From Candidatus Omnitrophota bacterium (lineage in GTDB: Bacteria > Omnitrophota > Omnitrophia > Omnitrophales > Aquincolibacteriaceae): DNA of 64,000 bases. A program made the translations under genes and the position numbers. Below are positions 39,017 through 48,571 of the stretch, one piece after another. Location: contig JAFGHI010000030.1 of NCBI GenBank assembly GCA_016930235.1, positions 43,834 to 107,833 of the forward strand, read 5' to 3'. Each line of letters starts with the position of its first letter. Positions within the stretch are counted from its first letter, which is position 1. The notes beneath the pieces are model-generated. The model had not been told where the DNA came from and ran no database searches. It worked only from the letters and a program-made list of their open reading frames with translations.

Positions 39017-40633
39017 ATGACGACTTATTCGTATGATGCAGTCATATTTGATTTAGATGGTGTGATCACAAAAACGGCCCGCGTTCATGCTCAGTCGTGG
39101 AAGGTTGTTTTTGACGATTACTTGCTCTACCGATCGAAACGATACAAGGAGCCGCTCCGGGAATTCGATATAAGTTCTGATTACCTGACTTATGTCGATG
39201 GGAAACCTAGGTATCAGGGCGTTAAGAGTTACCTTCAGTCGATCGATATCGAAGTCCCTTTTGGAGATCCTTCAGATCCGCCTGATAAAGAGACGATTTG
39301 CGGGATCGGTAACCGTAAAAACTCGATCTTCAGTGAGGTTTTAAGGAAACGCGGCGTTGAAGTTTTTCCCAAGACGATAGAGCTGGTCAAAGCCCTTCAT
39401 GAGAAGAAGATTCGCGTGGGTGTCGCGTCATCATCAAAGAATTGCCAGCTCATCTTAAAGTCGGCCAATATCGACCATTTATTTGAGACGCGTGTGGACG
39501 GAGAGGTTTCCATGGAACTGGGGCTTACGGGAAAACCCGAAGGCGATATCTTTGTGAAGGCAGCAGAAAATTTGGGGGTCTTGCCGGCGAGGTCGGTTGT
39601 GGTGGAGGACGCCACCTCAGGTGTTCAGGCCGGACGAAACGGCGGATTCGGTTTTGTTCTGGGTGTTGCAAGAAAAGAAAATGAAAATGAGCTGCTCGCC
39701 AATGGTGCCGACATCGTGGTGAAGGATTTGGGTGATATCAATATGGAAATCATCGAGCAATGGTTTCAAAAGAAAGCGCGGCCGCTTTTTCAGGAATGGG
39801 AGCACCCAACATCGAAATCGGATTCTCTGCCACCGAAAGGGCCTGCCGGAGGGGAGATTTTTATCAACCCGTGCCAATTAAGAGCAGGCAAAGACCTTTT
39901 TTCTTCCGGGAAAAAATTTGTTTTCTTTTTAGATTATGATGGGACCTTGACCCCGATTGTCTCAAGGCCTGATCTGGCGGTTTTATCCCCTTCGATGAAA
40001 GAAGTCCTGGAGCGTTTGATGAAGAAACATATGGTATCGATTGTGAGCGGCCGGATGAGAGAGGATGTCCAAAAACTTGTTGGGATTCAGGGTATTTTTT
40101 ATGCAGGGAGTCACGGATTTGATATTTTGGGGCCGGGTTTCTCGATGATCCAGCCGAAAGCAAAAGAGACCATCCCGGTTATTTCTACGATCATCAAGAA
40201 GCTTCATAAAGAATTAGGCGATATTCCGGGGGCCTTGATTGAAGAAAAGAAATTTAGTGTGGCTGTTCATTACAGACTGGTAGAAGGGCAATCCCTTGCG
40301 CGCATTCAAACAACGGTGGAGCGGATCGTCAGCAAACACGAGAATGTACGCATGATGAGCGGGAAGAAGGTATATGAAATCTTACCCAATATTGAATGGA
40401 ACAAAGGCAAGGCGATTCGGTGGATCATGAAGGCGCTCAAGTTATCTTGGGAAGAATGCTCCGTTTTTTACATCGGGGATGATGTAACCGATGAATTTGC
40501 CTTCAGAACAATACGGACACGCGGAACCGGAATTTTGGTTTCGGACGAATCGAAACCATCTTCAGCCGATTTTCAAATCCAGACACCTGATGATGTCAAA
40601 AAACTCTTCGAGAAAATCATTGCGGCGGCATAA
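39017..40633 (+). CDS. Fusion of a beta-phosphoglucomutase-like HAD domain with a trehalose-6-phosphate phosphatase (OtsB-like) domain
   Basis: The N-terminal domain has VIFDLDGVIT and KPEGDIF, consistent with beta-PGM. The C-terminal domain has FFLDYDGTLTP and GDDVTDE, the trehalose_PPase motifs. Confidence 0.75.
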   Translation: MTTYSYDAVIFDLDGVITKTARVHAQSWKVVFDDYLLYRSKRYKEPLREFDISSDYLTYVDGKPRYQGVKSYLQSIDIEVPFGDPSDPPDKETICGIGNRKNSIFSEVLRKRGVEVFPKTIELVKALHEKKIRVGVASSSKNCQLILKSANIDHLFETRVDGEVSMELGLTGKPEGDIFVKAAENLGVLPARSVVVEDATSGVQAGRNGGFGFVLGVARKENENELLANGADIVVKDLGDINMEIIEQWFQKKARPLFQEWEHPTSKSDSLPPKGPAGGEIFINPCQLRAGKDLFSSGKKFVFFLDYDGTLTPIVSRPDLAVLSPSMKEVLERLMKKHMVSIVSGRMREDVQKLVGIQGIFYAGSHGFDILGPGFSMIQPKAKETIPVISTIIKKLHKELGDIPGALIEEKKFSVAVHYRLVEGQSLARIQTTVERIVSKHENVRMMSGKKVYEILPNIEWNKGKAIRWIMKALKLSWEECSVFYIGDDVTDEFAFRTIRTRGTGILVSDESKPSSADFQIQTPDDVKKLFEKIIAAA

Positions 40634-43082
40634 AAAGAAAAAGTCAAAAGGGGAAGTCCTTTCTCCGTGGTCGATTACCTATTTAGGGTTTGATCCTTGC
40701 CAAGAAGGATTGAGGGAAGCCCTTTGTACTTTGGGTAACGGGTACATGGGGGTTCGTGGGGCCTCACCGCAGGTGGATGCTTCGGATGATCACTATCCGG
40801 GCATGTATTTGGCGGGACTTTACAATAAGACACCTACCAAGATTGCAGGGCGGACCATTTACAATGAAGATATGGTGAATTGTCCGAATTGGATCCATAT
40901 TACGTTTCGGATTGGTGAGGGGGAGTGGTTTACTCCGAAATCCGAGAATATTCTTGAATATTCCCAGGAACTTGACATGCGCGCGGGGTGTTTGAAAAGG
41001 AAAATGCGGGTCAAGGATAGTCGCGGACGGATTACGCTTGTTGAAACGGAGCGGATTGTTTCGATGAAGGATCCCCATCTTGCGGCCATCCGCCATCGAA
41101 TGACACCCCTTAATTATGATGGCTATCTGAGTATCAAGTCGACCCTTGACGGGACCGTCAAGAATTGGGGGGTTAAGCGATACCGGGAGCTCAATTGCCA
41201 ACATCTCAAACACAAACGGGCTAAACGAATCGGCAGGGATGGCATTGCTCTTTCTGTCATGACGACTCAATCCAAGGTCGAGATTGCCGAGGCATCTGTC
41301 CTGCGATGTTTTTCGAACGGAAGAGAAATTAAGCCAAAGTTTAAATTTTCGCTCGATAGAAAAGCGCCGATCTCACAGGAGTTGTGGGTTCGCGCTAAGC
41401 GCAAGAAGAAGTACGATTTTGAAAAGGTCGTAGCGGTTTATACTTCGAGAGATGCCGGCGTCCAAGACCCGTTCCGCGCGGCTATTAGGGCCGTCCGTCA
41501 AGGAAATCGTTTCGAGACCTTGAAAAAAGAGCACGCTGAATGCTGGAATGAATTATGGCGGAAGTTTGACGTCGAAATTGAGGGGGACCTTTTTTCTCAA
41601 GCCGTTCTTCGTTTACATATTTTCCATTTACTCCAGACCGCATCTTTGCATAATTCAAAGATCGATGCAGGATTACCTGCAAGAGGACTGCATGGTGAGG
41701 CCTATCGAGGGCATGTCTTTTGGGATGAGCTTTTTGTGATGTCTCTCTTTGACCTTCATGCCCCCGAAATTTCGAAGGCGTTGTTGAGGTATCGCTACGA
41801 AAGGCTGCCCAAATCCAGGAAATATGCTACCCAAAACGGGTATCGCGGCGCGATGTTTGCTTGGCAGAGCGGCTCGACAGGTGTGGAGGAAACACAGATT
41901 GTTCATCTTAATCCTATGTCGGGTGAGTGGGGACCGGACGCCAGCCGGATTCAACGACATGTTTCGTTCGCGATTGCTTACAACATGTGGGCTTATTGGC
42001 AAAGGACGGGTGATCTTAAGTTTTTTTCTTCCTGCGGCGCAGAGGTATTGTTGTCCATTGCTCAATTTGGGGCGAGTCTGGCGAAGTTCGACAAAGGTGA
42101 CCGCCGTTATCATACCGACGGCATTATGGGGCCCGATGAATTTCATGAGTACCTCCCCGGGGCTAAAAAGCCCGGTTTTCGTGATAATGCCTACACAAAT
42201 TTAATGATTGTATGGACGCTTTTGCGTTCAAGGGAAGCCTTGGAGATTCTCCCGGCATCTGATCGCAAACGTTTAATTAAAAAACTCGGGATTACCCGCA
42301 AGGAATTAACGCGGTGGGATAACATTATACATCAAATGAATGTTTATGTTGCCTCCGACGGCGTTATTAGCCAGTTTGACGGTTATTTCCGGTTAAAGGA
42401 ATTAAACTGGGATGCTTACCGGAAGAAGTACGGCAAGATCGGACGGCTGGATCGCATCTTGAAAGCTGAGGGCAAATCGCCGGATGATTATAAGGTGTCA
42501 AAACAGGCCGATCTCTTAATGCTTTTTTATATCCTGCCCATCGGTGAGATTGAAGAATTGTTTAATCGATTGGGATATGTCTTTGATCCAAAGTTGCTTA
42601 CGATCAATTATCATTATTATGAACCCCGGACCTCCCACGGTTCAACGCTCAGCAAAGTGGTTCACGGGTATTGTGCGCATTTGATGGGAAAATCCAAGGT
42701 TTCGTGGGATTGGTTTCTTGAAGTTTGCCGCTCCGATATCCATGACACACAGGGCGGAACAACCCCCGAAGGTATTCACTGCGGGGTGATGGGAGGATCG
42801 CTGGATATGGTTCAGCGGGCATTTGCAGGTGTCCATATTTTAAGCGACCGGGTCAAGATTAATCCAAGATTGCCGAAAGCCTGGCGCAAACTGCATCTGA
42901 AGCTCTTCTGCCGCGGGCATTGGATGGAATTTTGGATCAACCATCATCGGATCACTTGTGTGTTGGAGAGTTCTCCTCAGAAACCTTTTCCTCTTCCTGT
43001 GGAAATTGGTGGAAAGCGCGTGGATGGAATAGGGAATCAAAAGAGATCTTTTTCCTACCGCTCGCATATTGAGTCGATTTAA
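40590..43082 (+). CDS. Glycoside hydrolase family 65 disaccharide phosphorylase (trehalose, trehalose-6-P or kojibiose phosphorylase type)
   Basis: The N-terminus WSITYLGFDP...LGNGYMGVRG is typical of GH65, as is the (alpha/alpha)6 core. The start is uncertain: the ORF opens at 40491, 40590 is the likelier start, and either way it overlaps the upstream gene. Confidence 0.8.
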   Translation: MMSKNSSRKSLRRHKKKKSKGEVLSPWSITYLGFDPCQEGLREALCTLGNGYMGVRGASPQVDASDDHYPGMYLAGLYNKTPTKIAGRTIYNEDMVNCPNWIHITFRIGEGEWFTPKSENILEYSQELDMRAGCLKRKMRVKDSRGRITLVETERIVSMKDPHLAAIRHRMTPLNYDGYLSIKSTLDGTVKNWGVKRYRELNCQHLKHKRAKRIGRDGIALSVMTTQSKVEIAEASVLRCFSNGREIKPKFKFSLDRKAPISQELWVRAKRKKKYDFEKVVAVYTSRDAGVQDPFRAAIRAVRQGNRFETLKKEHAECWNELWRKFDVEIEGDLFSQAVLRLHIFHLLQTASLHNSKIDAGLPARGLHGEAYRGHVFWDELFVMSLFDLHAPEISKALLRYRYERLPKSRKYATQNGYRGAMFAWQSGSTGVEETQIVHLNPMSGEWGPDASRIQRHVSFAIAYNMWAYWQRTGDLKFFSSCGAEVLLSIAQFGASLAKFDKGDRRYHTDGIMGPDEFHEYLPGAKKPGFRDNAYTNLMIVWTLLRSREALEILPASDRKRLIKKLGITRKELTRWDNIIHQMNVYVASDGVISQFDGYFRLKELNWDAYRKKYGKIGRLDRILKAEGKSPDDYKVSKQADLLMLFYILPIGEIEELFNRLGYVFDPKLLTINYHYYEPRTSHGSTLSKVVHGYCAHLMGKSKVSWDWFLEVCRSDIHDTQGGTTPEGIHCGVMGGSLDMVQRAFAGVHILSDRVKINPRLPKAWRKLHLKLFCRGHWMEFWINHHRITCVLESSPQKPFPLPVEIGGKRVDGIGNQKRSFSYRSHIESI

Positions 43083-43159
43083 CGTAAAATACCCCCTTTC
43101 GACATCGGTTGGTACAAAATCATGGATCTGGATAAGATGAAGGAGAAGAGTTAAATTTT

Positions 43160-43765
43160 ATGGATGAACCATCGGAGTTAAGACAAAAGACAATCGCAAT
43201 TGCCAAAAAACATAAGGCGTCCTGGATCGAGCTGGGGCAGTATCTTTATACCATCCATAAGGATAAGCACTATAAAAGTTGGGGCTATCTTAGTTTCCAA
43301 ACTTATTGCAAGAAGGAGCTCAGCATCAAAGAAACCACGGCGGCAAAACTTATGAAGTCCTATCATTTTTTGGAAAAGGAAGAACCCAGAATGGTTTCCC
43401 CGACTTTTCTGGAAAAGGAGGAATCGGCCAAGATCCCTGATTATGAAGCCGTGAACGTCCTAAGATTGGCTAAGCAGAATCAGAAAATTAACACGGGCGA
43501 TTTTTCGGATTTGCGGGAAGCCGTTTTAAACGCTGCCAAAGAACCCCAGGAGATTCGGGCCCAAATCAAACAGATTCTTGAGGATCGCGATGAGAGGGAA
43601 CCCGATGAGATTCAGAGGTCCAAAAGAAATGCTTCGATTAAACGTTTGGTGACGATGCTGTCCTCGATGAAAAAGCAGATGGAAAGCGAAAAACTTTTGC
43701 CCGCTTATTTGATTAAGCAGATGGCCGATTTGGCGGGGAAACTTGAAGATCAGCTGGAGGAATAA
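43160..43765 (+). CDS. Hypothetical 201-aa charged helical protein
   Basis: It is an ORF only, located upstream of the histidine kinase. Confidence 0.45.
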   Translation: MDEPSELRQKTIAIAKKHKASWIELGQYLYTIHKDKHYKSWGYLSFQTYCKKELSIKETTAAKLMKSYHFLEKEEPRMVSPTFLEKEESAKIPDYEAVNVLRLAKQNQKINTGDFSDLREAVLNAAKEPQEIRAQIKQILEDRDEREPDEIQRSKRNASIKRLVTMLSSMKKQMESEKLLPAYLIKQMADLAGKLEDQLEE

Positions 43766-43779
43766 AGGCGGGTTGGACC

Positions 43780-45156
43780 GTGGATGATAGGCTCAAAAAG
43801 ATACTGGAAGCGATGAAAGCGATTGAGGTCGGAAATTTTCATTCGGTGAAGCCGGTGGAAGGGTCGGACGAACTCGCGAAGATTTCCAGAAAACTTTGTG
43901 AATTAGGACGACATTTTGATGTGAAGCTTCAGGGATTCCAAAAGATTGCCAGGATCACTGAAGAGATCAATCAAGGGCTTACCTTGGAAGAAATCCTGAA
44001 CCATGTTTATGATTCTTTCAGGACGATGATTCCTTATGATCGGATCGGGTTTGCGCTCCTTGAAGATCATGAGACAATCGTCAGATCCAAATGGCAGCGT
44101 TCCGAGGCTCCGGATTTGCGTATTACGGCAGGTTATTCGGCAAGACTTGAAGGGAGCAGCCTTGAGAAGATCATACGGACAAACCGTCCAAGGATCTTAA
44201 ATGACTTAGAGGACTATCTTAAAAATCATCCCAAGTCGGATTCGACCCAACGCATTGTTGAGGAGGGGATGAGGTCAAGCCTGACTTGTCCTTTGATTGC
44301 TTTGGGAAAACCGCTTGGTTTCATCTTTTTTTCAAGCATGAAGAAAAAGACGTATCAGGATATTCATGTGGATTTATTTATGCAGATTGCGGGGCAGCTG
44401 GCCGTGATCGCCGAGAAGGGCAAACTCTATGAAGAACTCGTGATCTTAAATGAGCAAAAGAACCGGTTTCTCGGTATTGTGGCACATGATTTGCGCGCCC
44501 CTTTGGCTACCATCAAAGGGTACTTGGGAATCCTGTTGGGTGGATTACTGGGTGAGATCCCGGATAATCAAAAGCACCCCTTGGAAAAGATGACGATCAC
44601 ATCGGACAAAATGCTTTCTTTGATCAAGAATCTTTTGGATGTCAGCGTGATTGAGTCCGGGGTATTGAATTTGGATAAGAAGACGGTTGATTTGACGGAA
44701 TATCTCAACGAAAGCCTTTCGTTTAATACCTTGATTGCGAAGGGCAGAAATTTCTCGCTACGGGCAGACATCGGCCCGGATCTTCCGAAGGTTGTGATCG
44801 ATCCGGATAAAATGGACCAGGTCATCAATAATCTGGTTGGGAATGCCATCAAATTTTCGAAACCGGGGACGGCGATTACCTTAAGGGCCAGGGTGGAAGG
44901 GCAAGAGGTGCATATTTCTGTTCAGGATGAGGGGCAGGGGATACCTCCGGGTGAGATTGCGAAACTTTTCAAGGATTTCGGCAAGACAATCATTAAACCG
45001 ACCACTCGCGAAGCCAGCACGGGTTTGGGATTGGCGATAGCCAAAAAGATGGTTGAAGCCCATCATGGACGAATTTGGGTTGAAAGTGTTCCCGGGAAAG
45101 GCTCTACCTTTACTTTCTCAATTCCCTTAGAGCAAGTTGCAGAAAAGGCAATTTAA
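43780..45156 (+). CDS. Cytoplasmic GAF-domain sensor histidine kinase
   Basis: The H-box is VAHDLRAPL. The N and G boxes (NLVGNAIKFS, GTGLGLAI) are present. It has no TM segment. Confidence 0.8.
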   Translation: MDDRLKKILEAMKAIEVGNFHSVKPVEGSDELAKISRKLCELGRHFDVKLQGFQKIARITEEINQGLTLEEILNHVYDSFRTMIPYDRIGFALLEDHETIVRSKWQRSEAPDLRITAGYSARLEGSSLEKIIRTNRPRILNDLEDYLKNHPKSDSTQRIVEEGMRSSLTCPLIALGKPLGFIFFSSMKKKTYQDIHVDLFMQIAGQLAVIAEKGKLYEELVILNEQKNRFLGIVAHDLRAPLATIKGYLGILLGGLLGEIPDNQKHPLEKMTITSDKMLSLIKNLLDVSVIESGVLNLDKKTVDLTEYLNESLSFNTLIAKGRNFSLRADIGPDLPKVVIDPDKMDQVINNLVGNAIKFSKPGTAITLRARVEGQEVHISVQDEGQGIPPGEIAKLFKDFGKTIIKPTTREASTGLGLAIAKKMVEAHHGRIWVESVPGKGSTFTFSIPLEQVAEKAI

Positions 45157-45184
45157 GACCGGATCTTGCCTCAGAGAGGATATT

Positions 45185-45898
45185 CTATCCTGAGGGTTTT
45201 TCCTGAAAACGAAAACCGTAGCCGTGCACGGTTTCGATGTTCATCCCATAAGGTCCCAATTCCTTGCGAAGCCTTTGGATGGCCGAATCAATCGCCCGTG
45301 ATTGGGAGGACCCTCTTTTTTTCCAGACGGCCTTTCCCAGGTCTTCCTTGGTGAAGGTCTTACCTTTCTCTTCGAGGAAGAGTTTCAGTAAGGCGAATTC
45401 TTTCGGTCGTAGATTCATCACCTGGCCGTCAATCCGGCATTCGTGCTTGGGCAAATCTAACTCCAAGGTTTCGAATTTCAGGACGGACGGTAGAGCGGTA
45501 TCAGGTTTGCTGACATCTTGCCGGCGTCTTAAGAGAGCTTCAATTCGAGCAACAAGTTCATTGGTTGCAAATGGCTTTGGCAAATAGTCATCCCCCCCAA
45601 GTTTTAATCCTAAGACCTTGTCTTCAATCTCCTGTTTTGAGGAAAGGAAGAGAATTGGGATTAATTTCGTGCGGTCTTGGTTTCTCAACTCATGGCAGAG
45701 CTCGAGGCCGTCTCCGTCCGGTAAAACACGGTCCAAGAGGATAAGATCGGGTATTGTCTTCGTCAGGGTTTCTCTTGCTTCAGCAAGATTGAATGCCGAA
45801 ATAGCACGGTATTTTTGAAAGGTCAGGATATCGTTCAGAAGGGATTGTATCCCCGGCTCATCGTCAACGACCAGAACGACTGATGCTTTGGATGTCAT
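45185..45898 (-). CDS. OmpR-family response regulator (REC plus winged helix)
   Basis: The REC domain has VVDDE...D...K. The C-terminus (YGFRF) is an OmpR/PhoB-type DNA-binding domain. Confidence 0.85.
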   Translation of the reverse strand: MTSKASVVLVVDDEPGIQSLLNDILTFQKYRAISAFNLAEARETLTKTIPDLILLDRVLPDGDGLELCHELRNQDRTKLIPILFLSSKQEIEDKVLGLKLGGDDYLPKPFATNELVARIEALLRRRQDVSKPDTALPSVLKFETLELDLPKHECRIDGQVMNLRPKEFALLKLFLEEKGKTFTKEDLGKAVWKKRGSSQSRAIDSAIQRLRKELGPYGMNIETVHGYGFRFQEKPSG

Positions 45899-45954
45899 GA
45901 TTTGATTTGTCTCCCGCTTATTTTGACCTTGATTCTAGGGGAACGCTTGATATT

Positions 45955-46518
45955 TTAAAACAGATATTTTTTGTAGTAGCGGAGCTCTTCAATGGATTCA
46001 AGGATGTCGGTTTTTGCGCGGTGGGCTTCCTTTTTTGATGGATGAGAGGGCAGAGATATTGCCCATCGGGAGCAAAGTTCTTTTAATGTGCTGACATCGA
46101 TAAGGCGGTAGTGCAAGTACCGATGAATGAGGGGCATGTGTTTTGCCAAAAATCTCCGGTCATGGTGGATGGAATTACCGCAGAGGGGGGATTGCCCTTG
46201 CGGAGTGTAAGACTTGAGAAATCGCAAGATGGCCTGTTCGGCTTTTTTGACCGATAACCGGGATCTTTTGACTTCTTGAAGAAGTCCCGATGTCTGATGA
46301 TGTTGTCGATTCCAGGCGTCCATTTTTCTGAGGACACTTTCTGGATGATGAATCACGAGTTCGGGGCCTTCGGCGATGATCGTGAGCTGGTTATCCGTGA
46401 TCAAAACGGCAATCTCGAGGATCTTGTCTTGATCGGGATCGAGTCCCGTCATTTCCATATCGATCCAGACGAGATATTTCGAAGGTTTATTTTTTTTCCG
46501 GTGATGTTTCGGCATCAT
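45955..46518 (-). CDS. orn: Oligoribonuclease (DEDDh 3'-5' exonuclease)
   Basis: It has LVWIDMEMTGLDP, and the DEDDh residues are present. Confidence 0.85.
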   Translation of the reverse strand: MMPKHHRKKNKPSKYLVWIDMEMTGLDPDQDKILEIAVLITDNQLTIIAEGPELVIHHPESVLRKMDAWNRQHHQTSGLLQEVKRSRLSVKKAEQAILRFLKSYTPQGQSPLCGNSIHHDRRFLAKHMPLIHRYLHYRLIDVSTLKELCSRWAISLPSHPSKKEAHRAKTDILESIEELRYYKKYLF

Positions 46519-46641
46519 GATTTTATAGCGCCAATGAACGGGAATTGCAAGCTTTGTCCTTGCACGGCTAATTTTTTGTTGGAAAGTGGGGGCATAAATG
46601 CTTTATGATAGAAGCCTTTACGGTCAATAAGCGGGGAATCC

Positions 46642-47874
46642 ATGGGACAAAAGGGAAAACAAAAAGCACTTATCGGGAAGGCCGTTGTGGGGCAGTCCGG
46701 TGGCTGTACGGCTGTCATCAACCAAAGTTTGGCTGGGGTGATTGACGGCGCCTGCGGGCGCTCATGTATTACGGATCTTTGGGGCACCCGGCATGGGGTG
46801 ATGGGCATTTTGAAAGGCGAGTATATTGACCTCCAATGCCAACCCAAAGGTATTGTCAAAGCCGTTGCCAATCAACCCTCGTCCGCTCTAGGGTCGGCGC
46901 GGTACAAACTTGGCGAAGGTGAAGAATACCGGGTCATCCGGAATTTTTCGAAATCGAATATCCGGTATGTCTTTTTTATCGGGGGCAATGACACGGCAGA
47001 GACCATTCTTAGGATTGCTCATGCGGCAAAAAAGGAAAAATATGAGTTGCGAGCCATCCACATCCCAAAAACGATTGACAATGATTTGATGGAAACGGAC
47101 CATTGCCCTGGGTACGGGTCCGTTGCACGTTTTGTGGCCATTACGACCCAAGAGGCTGGTTTGGATACAAGGGCGATGCGCCATGTGGATCCGGTCAAAA
47201 TTATCGAAGTGATGGGAAGAAATTCGGGTTGGATTACCGCTGCTTCGGCACTGCTCAAGCAAAGCGAATTGGATCCTCCGCATCTTCTTTTAGTCCCCGA
47301 GATTCCATTCGTCGAGGCGAGATTTATTCAGCAAGTCCGGGAAACCATTCAAAAAGCGGGATATTGCGTTGTGGTGATCTCAGAAACAATCAGAAATGAA
47401 CAGGGTGAAAAAATTGGAGCACGCAAAGAAGGAATCCTTAAAGACTCCTTTGGTCACCAATATGTTGAAGGCGCATCCAGCGTTTTAGTCCGTCTGATTG
47501 AAAACAATCTGAAGATCCGGGCACGCTATGATAAACCGGGGACCATCCAGAGAATGTCGATGCCATACGTTTCGGAAGTGGATCAGCGTGAAGCCTACGA
47601 AGCTGGAGTTTATGCGGTGAAATGGGCTTGCGAAGGGGTGAGCGAAGTCATGGTCTCTTTTGCCCGGGTTCCGGGAAAACGTTACAGGATTCAATGCCGG
47701 ATGGTCCCTCTTAAAAATATTCCTCACCGTGAACGATATTTGCCCAACAACTTTCTCAACAAAGAGAAAACGAATGTGAGCAAGGCTTTTATGAAGTATG
47801 CTTTGCCCTTAATCGGAAAAAATCTTCCTCAATTTCCATTTCTGAGATCGGTGCAGCCACGCATCGTTGAATGA
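46642..47874 (+). CDS. Phosphofructokinase, likely pyrophosphate-dependent type
   Basis: The PFK fold is present. PKTIDND has K in place of the G found in ATP-PFKs, and GGNDT replaces GGDGS. Confidence 0.75.
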   Translation: MGQKGKQKALIGKAVVGQSGGCTAVINQSLAGVIDGACGRSCITDLWGTRHGVMGILKGEYIDLQCQPKGIVKAVANQPSSALGSARYKLGEGEEYRVIRNFSKSNIRYVFFIGGNDTAETILRIAHAAKKEKYELRAIHIPKTIDNDLMETDHCPGYGSVARFVAITTQEAGLDTRAMRHVDPVKIIEVMGRNSGWITAASALLKQSELDPPHLLLVPEIPFVEARFIQQVRETIQKAGYCVVVISETIRNEQGEKIGARKEGILKDSFGHQYVEGASSVLVRLIENNLKIRARYDKPGTIQRMSMPYVSEVDQREAYEAGVYAVKWACEGVSEVMVSFARVPGKRYRIQCRMVPLKNIPHRERYLPNNFLNKEKTNVSKAFMKYALPLIGKNLPQFPFLRSVQPRIVE

Positions 47875-47919
47875 TAGCGGGGGCTGCCGGCCGACGGTCA
47901 GAAATTTGAAAGGTGGGGC

Positions 47920-48570
47920 GTGGATAAAGAGTTTTATCAAGCCGTTCCGGGGACTTCCTACGATGATTTGTTGAAAAGCCGAAATCCTTTTCGAAGGTGG
48001 TTTCATGTCAGTCGCTACCGCAATATTCAAAACCTTGTGGACACATGTCCTAAGCCTCATGGCAGGATTCTTGATTTGGGCTCCGCCAGTTGCTGCTGGA
48101 ATACAAAAAAATTACCGGTGGTCGGGCTTGATTTTAATGAGGCCTTATTGAAACAAGGAAAACAATGCGGCCGGTTGGTGGATTATCGGGTGGCCGATGC
48201 GGCCCATACGGGATTTGAGGACAAGAGTTTTGATGTGGTCGTCGGTGCTGAAGTTTTAGAGCACATGAAGAGTCCAGACTTGATACTCCGGGAAGTCCAT
48301 CGCGTTCTCAAAGATGACGGACGTTTTGTCATTTCGGTTCCTGATGACGGTTCTTGGACCGCTTGGAAGGCGCTCTTTTCCTTGGTGACTTTTTACTACG
48401 GGTATCTTTTAGGAGACCCGTATATGAAAAGTCAATGCGGCCACATTCATCATTTTTCCGCCAAAGATTTAAAAAAAATTTTAGTGCATAATGGATTTGA
48501 GATCGAAAAATATTTTACTTTTTGGACCCTGACGTTGTATTGTGTCGTGCGTAAATCCCCAAATTCTTAA
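47920..48570 (+). CDS. Class I SAM-dependent methyltransferase
   Basis: Motif I is ILDLGSASC. The VVVGAEVLEHM post-II motif is present. Confidence 0.75.
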   Translation: MDKEFYQAVPGTSYDDLLKSRNPFRRWFHVSRYRNIQNLVDTCPKPHGRILDLGSASCCWNTKKLPVVGLDFNEALLKQGKQCGRLVDYRVADAAHTGFEDKSFDVVVGAEVLEHMKSPDLILREVHRVLKDDGRFVISVPDDGSWTAWKALFSLVTFYYGYLLGDPYMKSQCGHIHHFSAKDLKKILVHNGFEIEKYFTFWTLTLYCVVRKSPNS

Positions 48571-48571
48571 G

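Noticed and set aside
40764-41270. 168-aa minus-strand ORF inside the GH65 gene
   Set aside because: It is antisense to a well-supported phosphorylase ORF and has no recognisable features.
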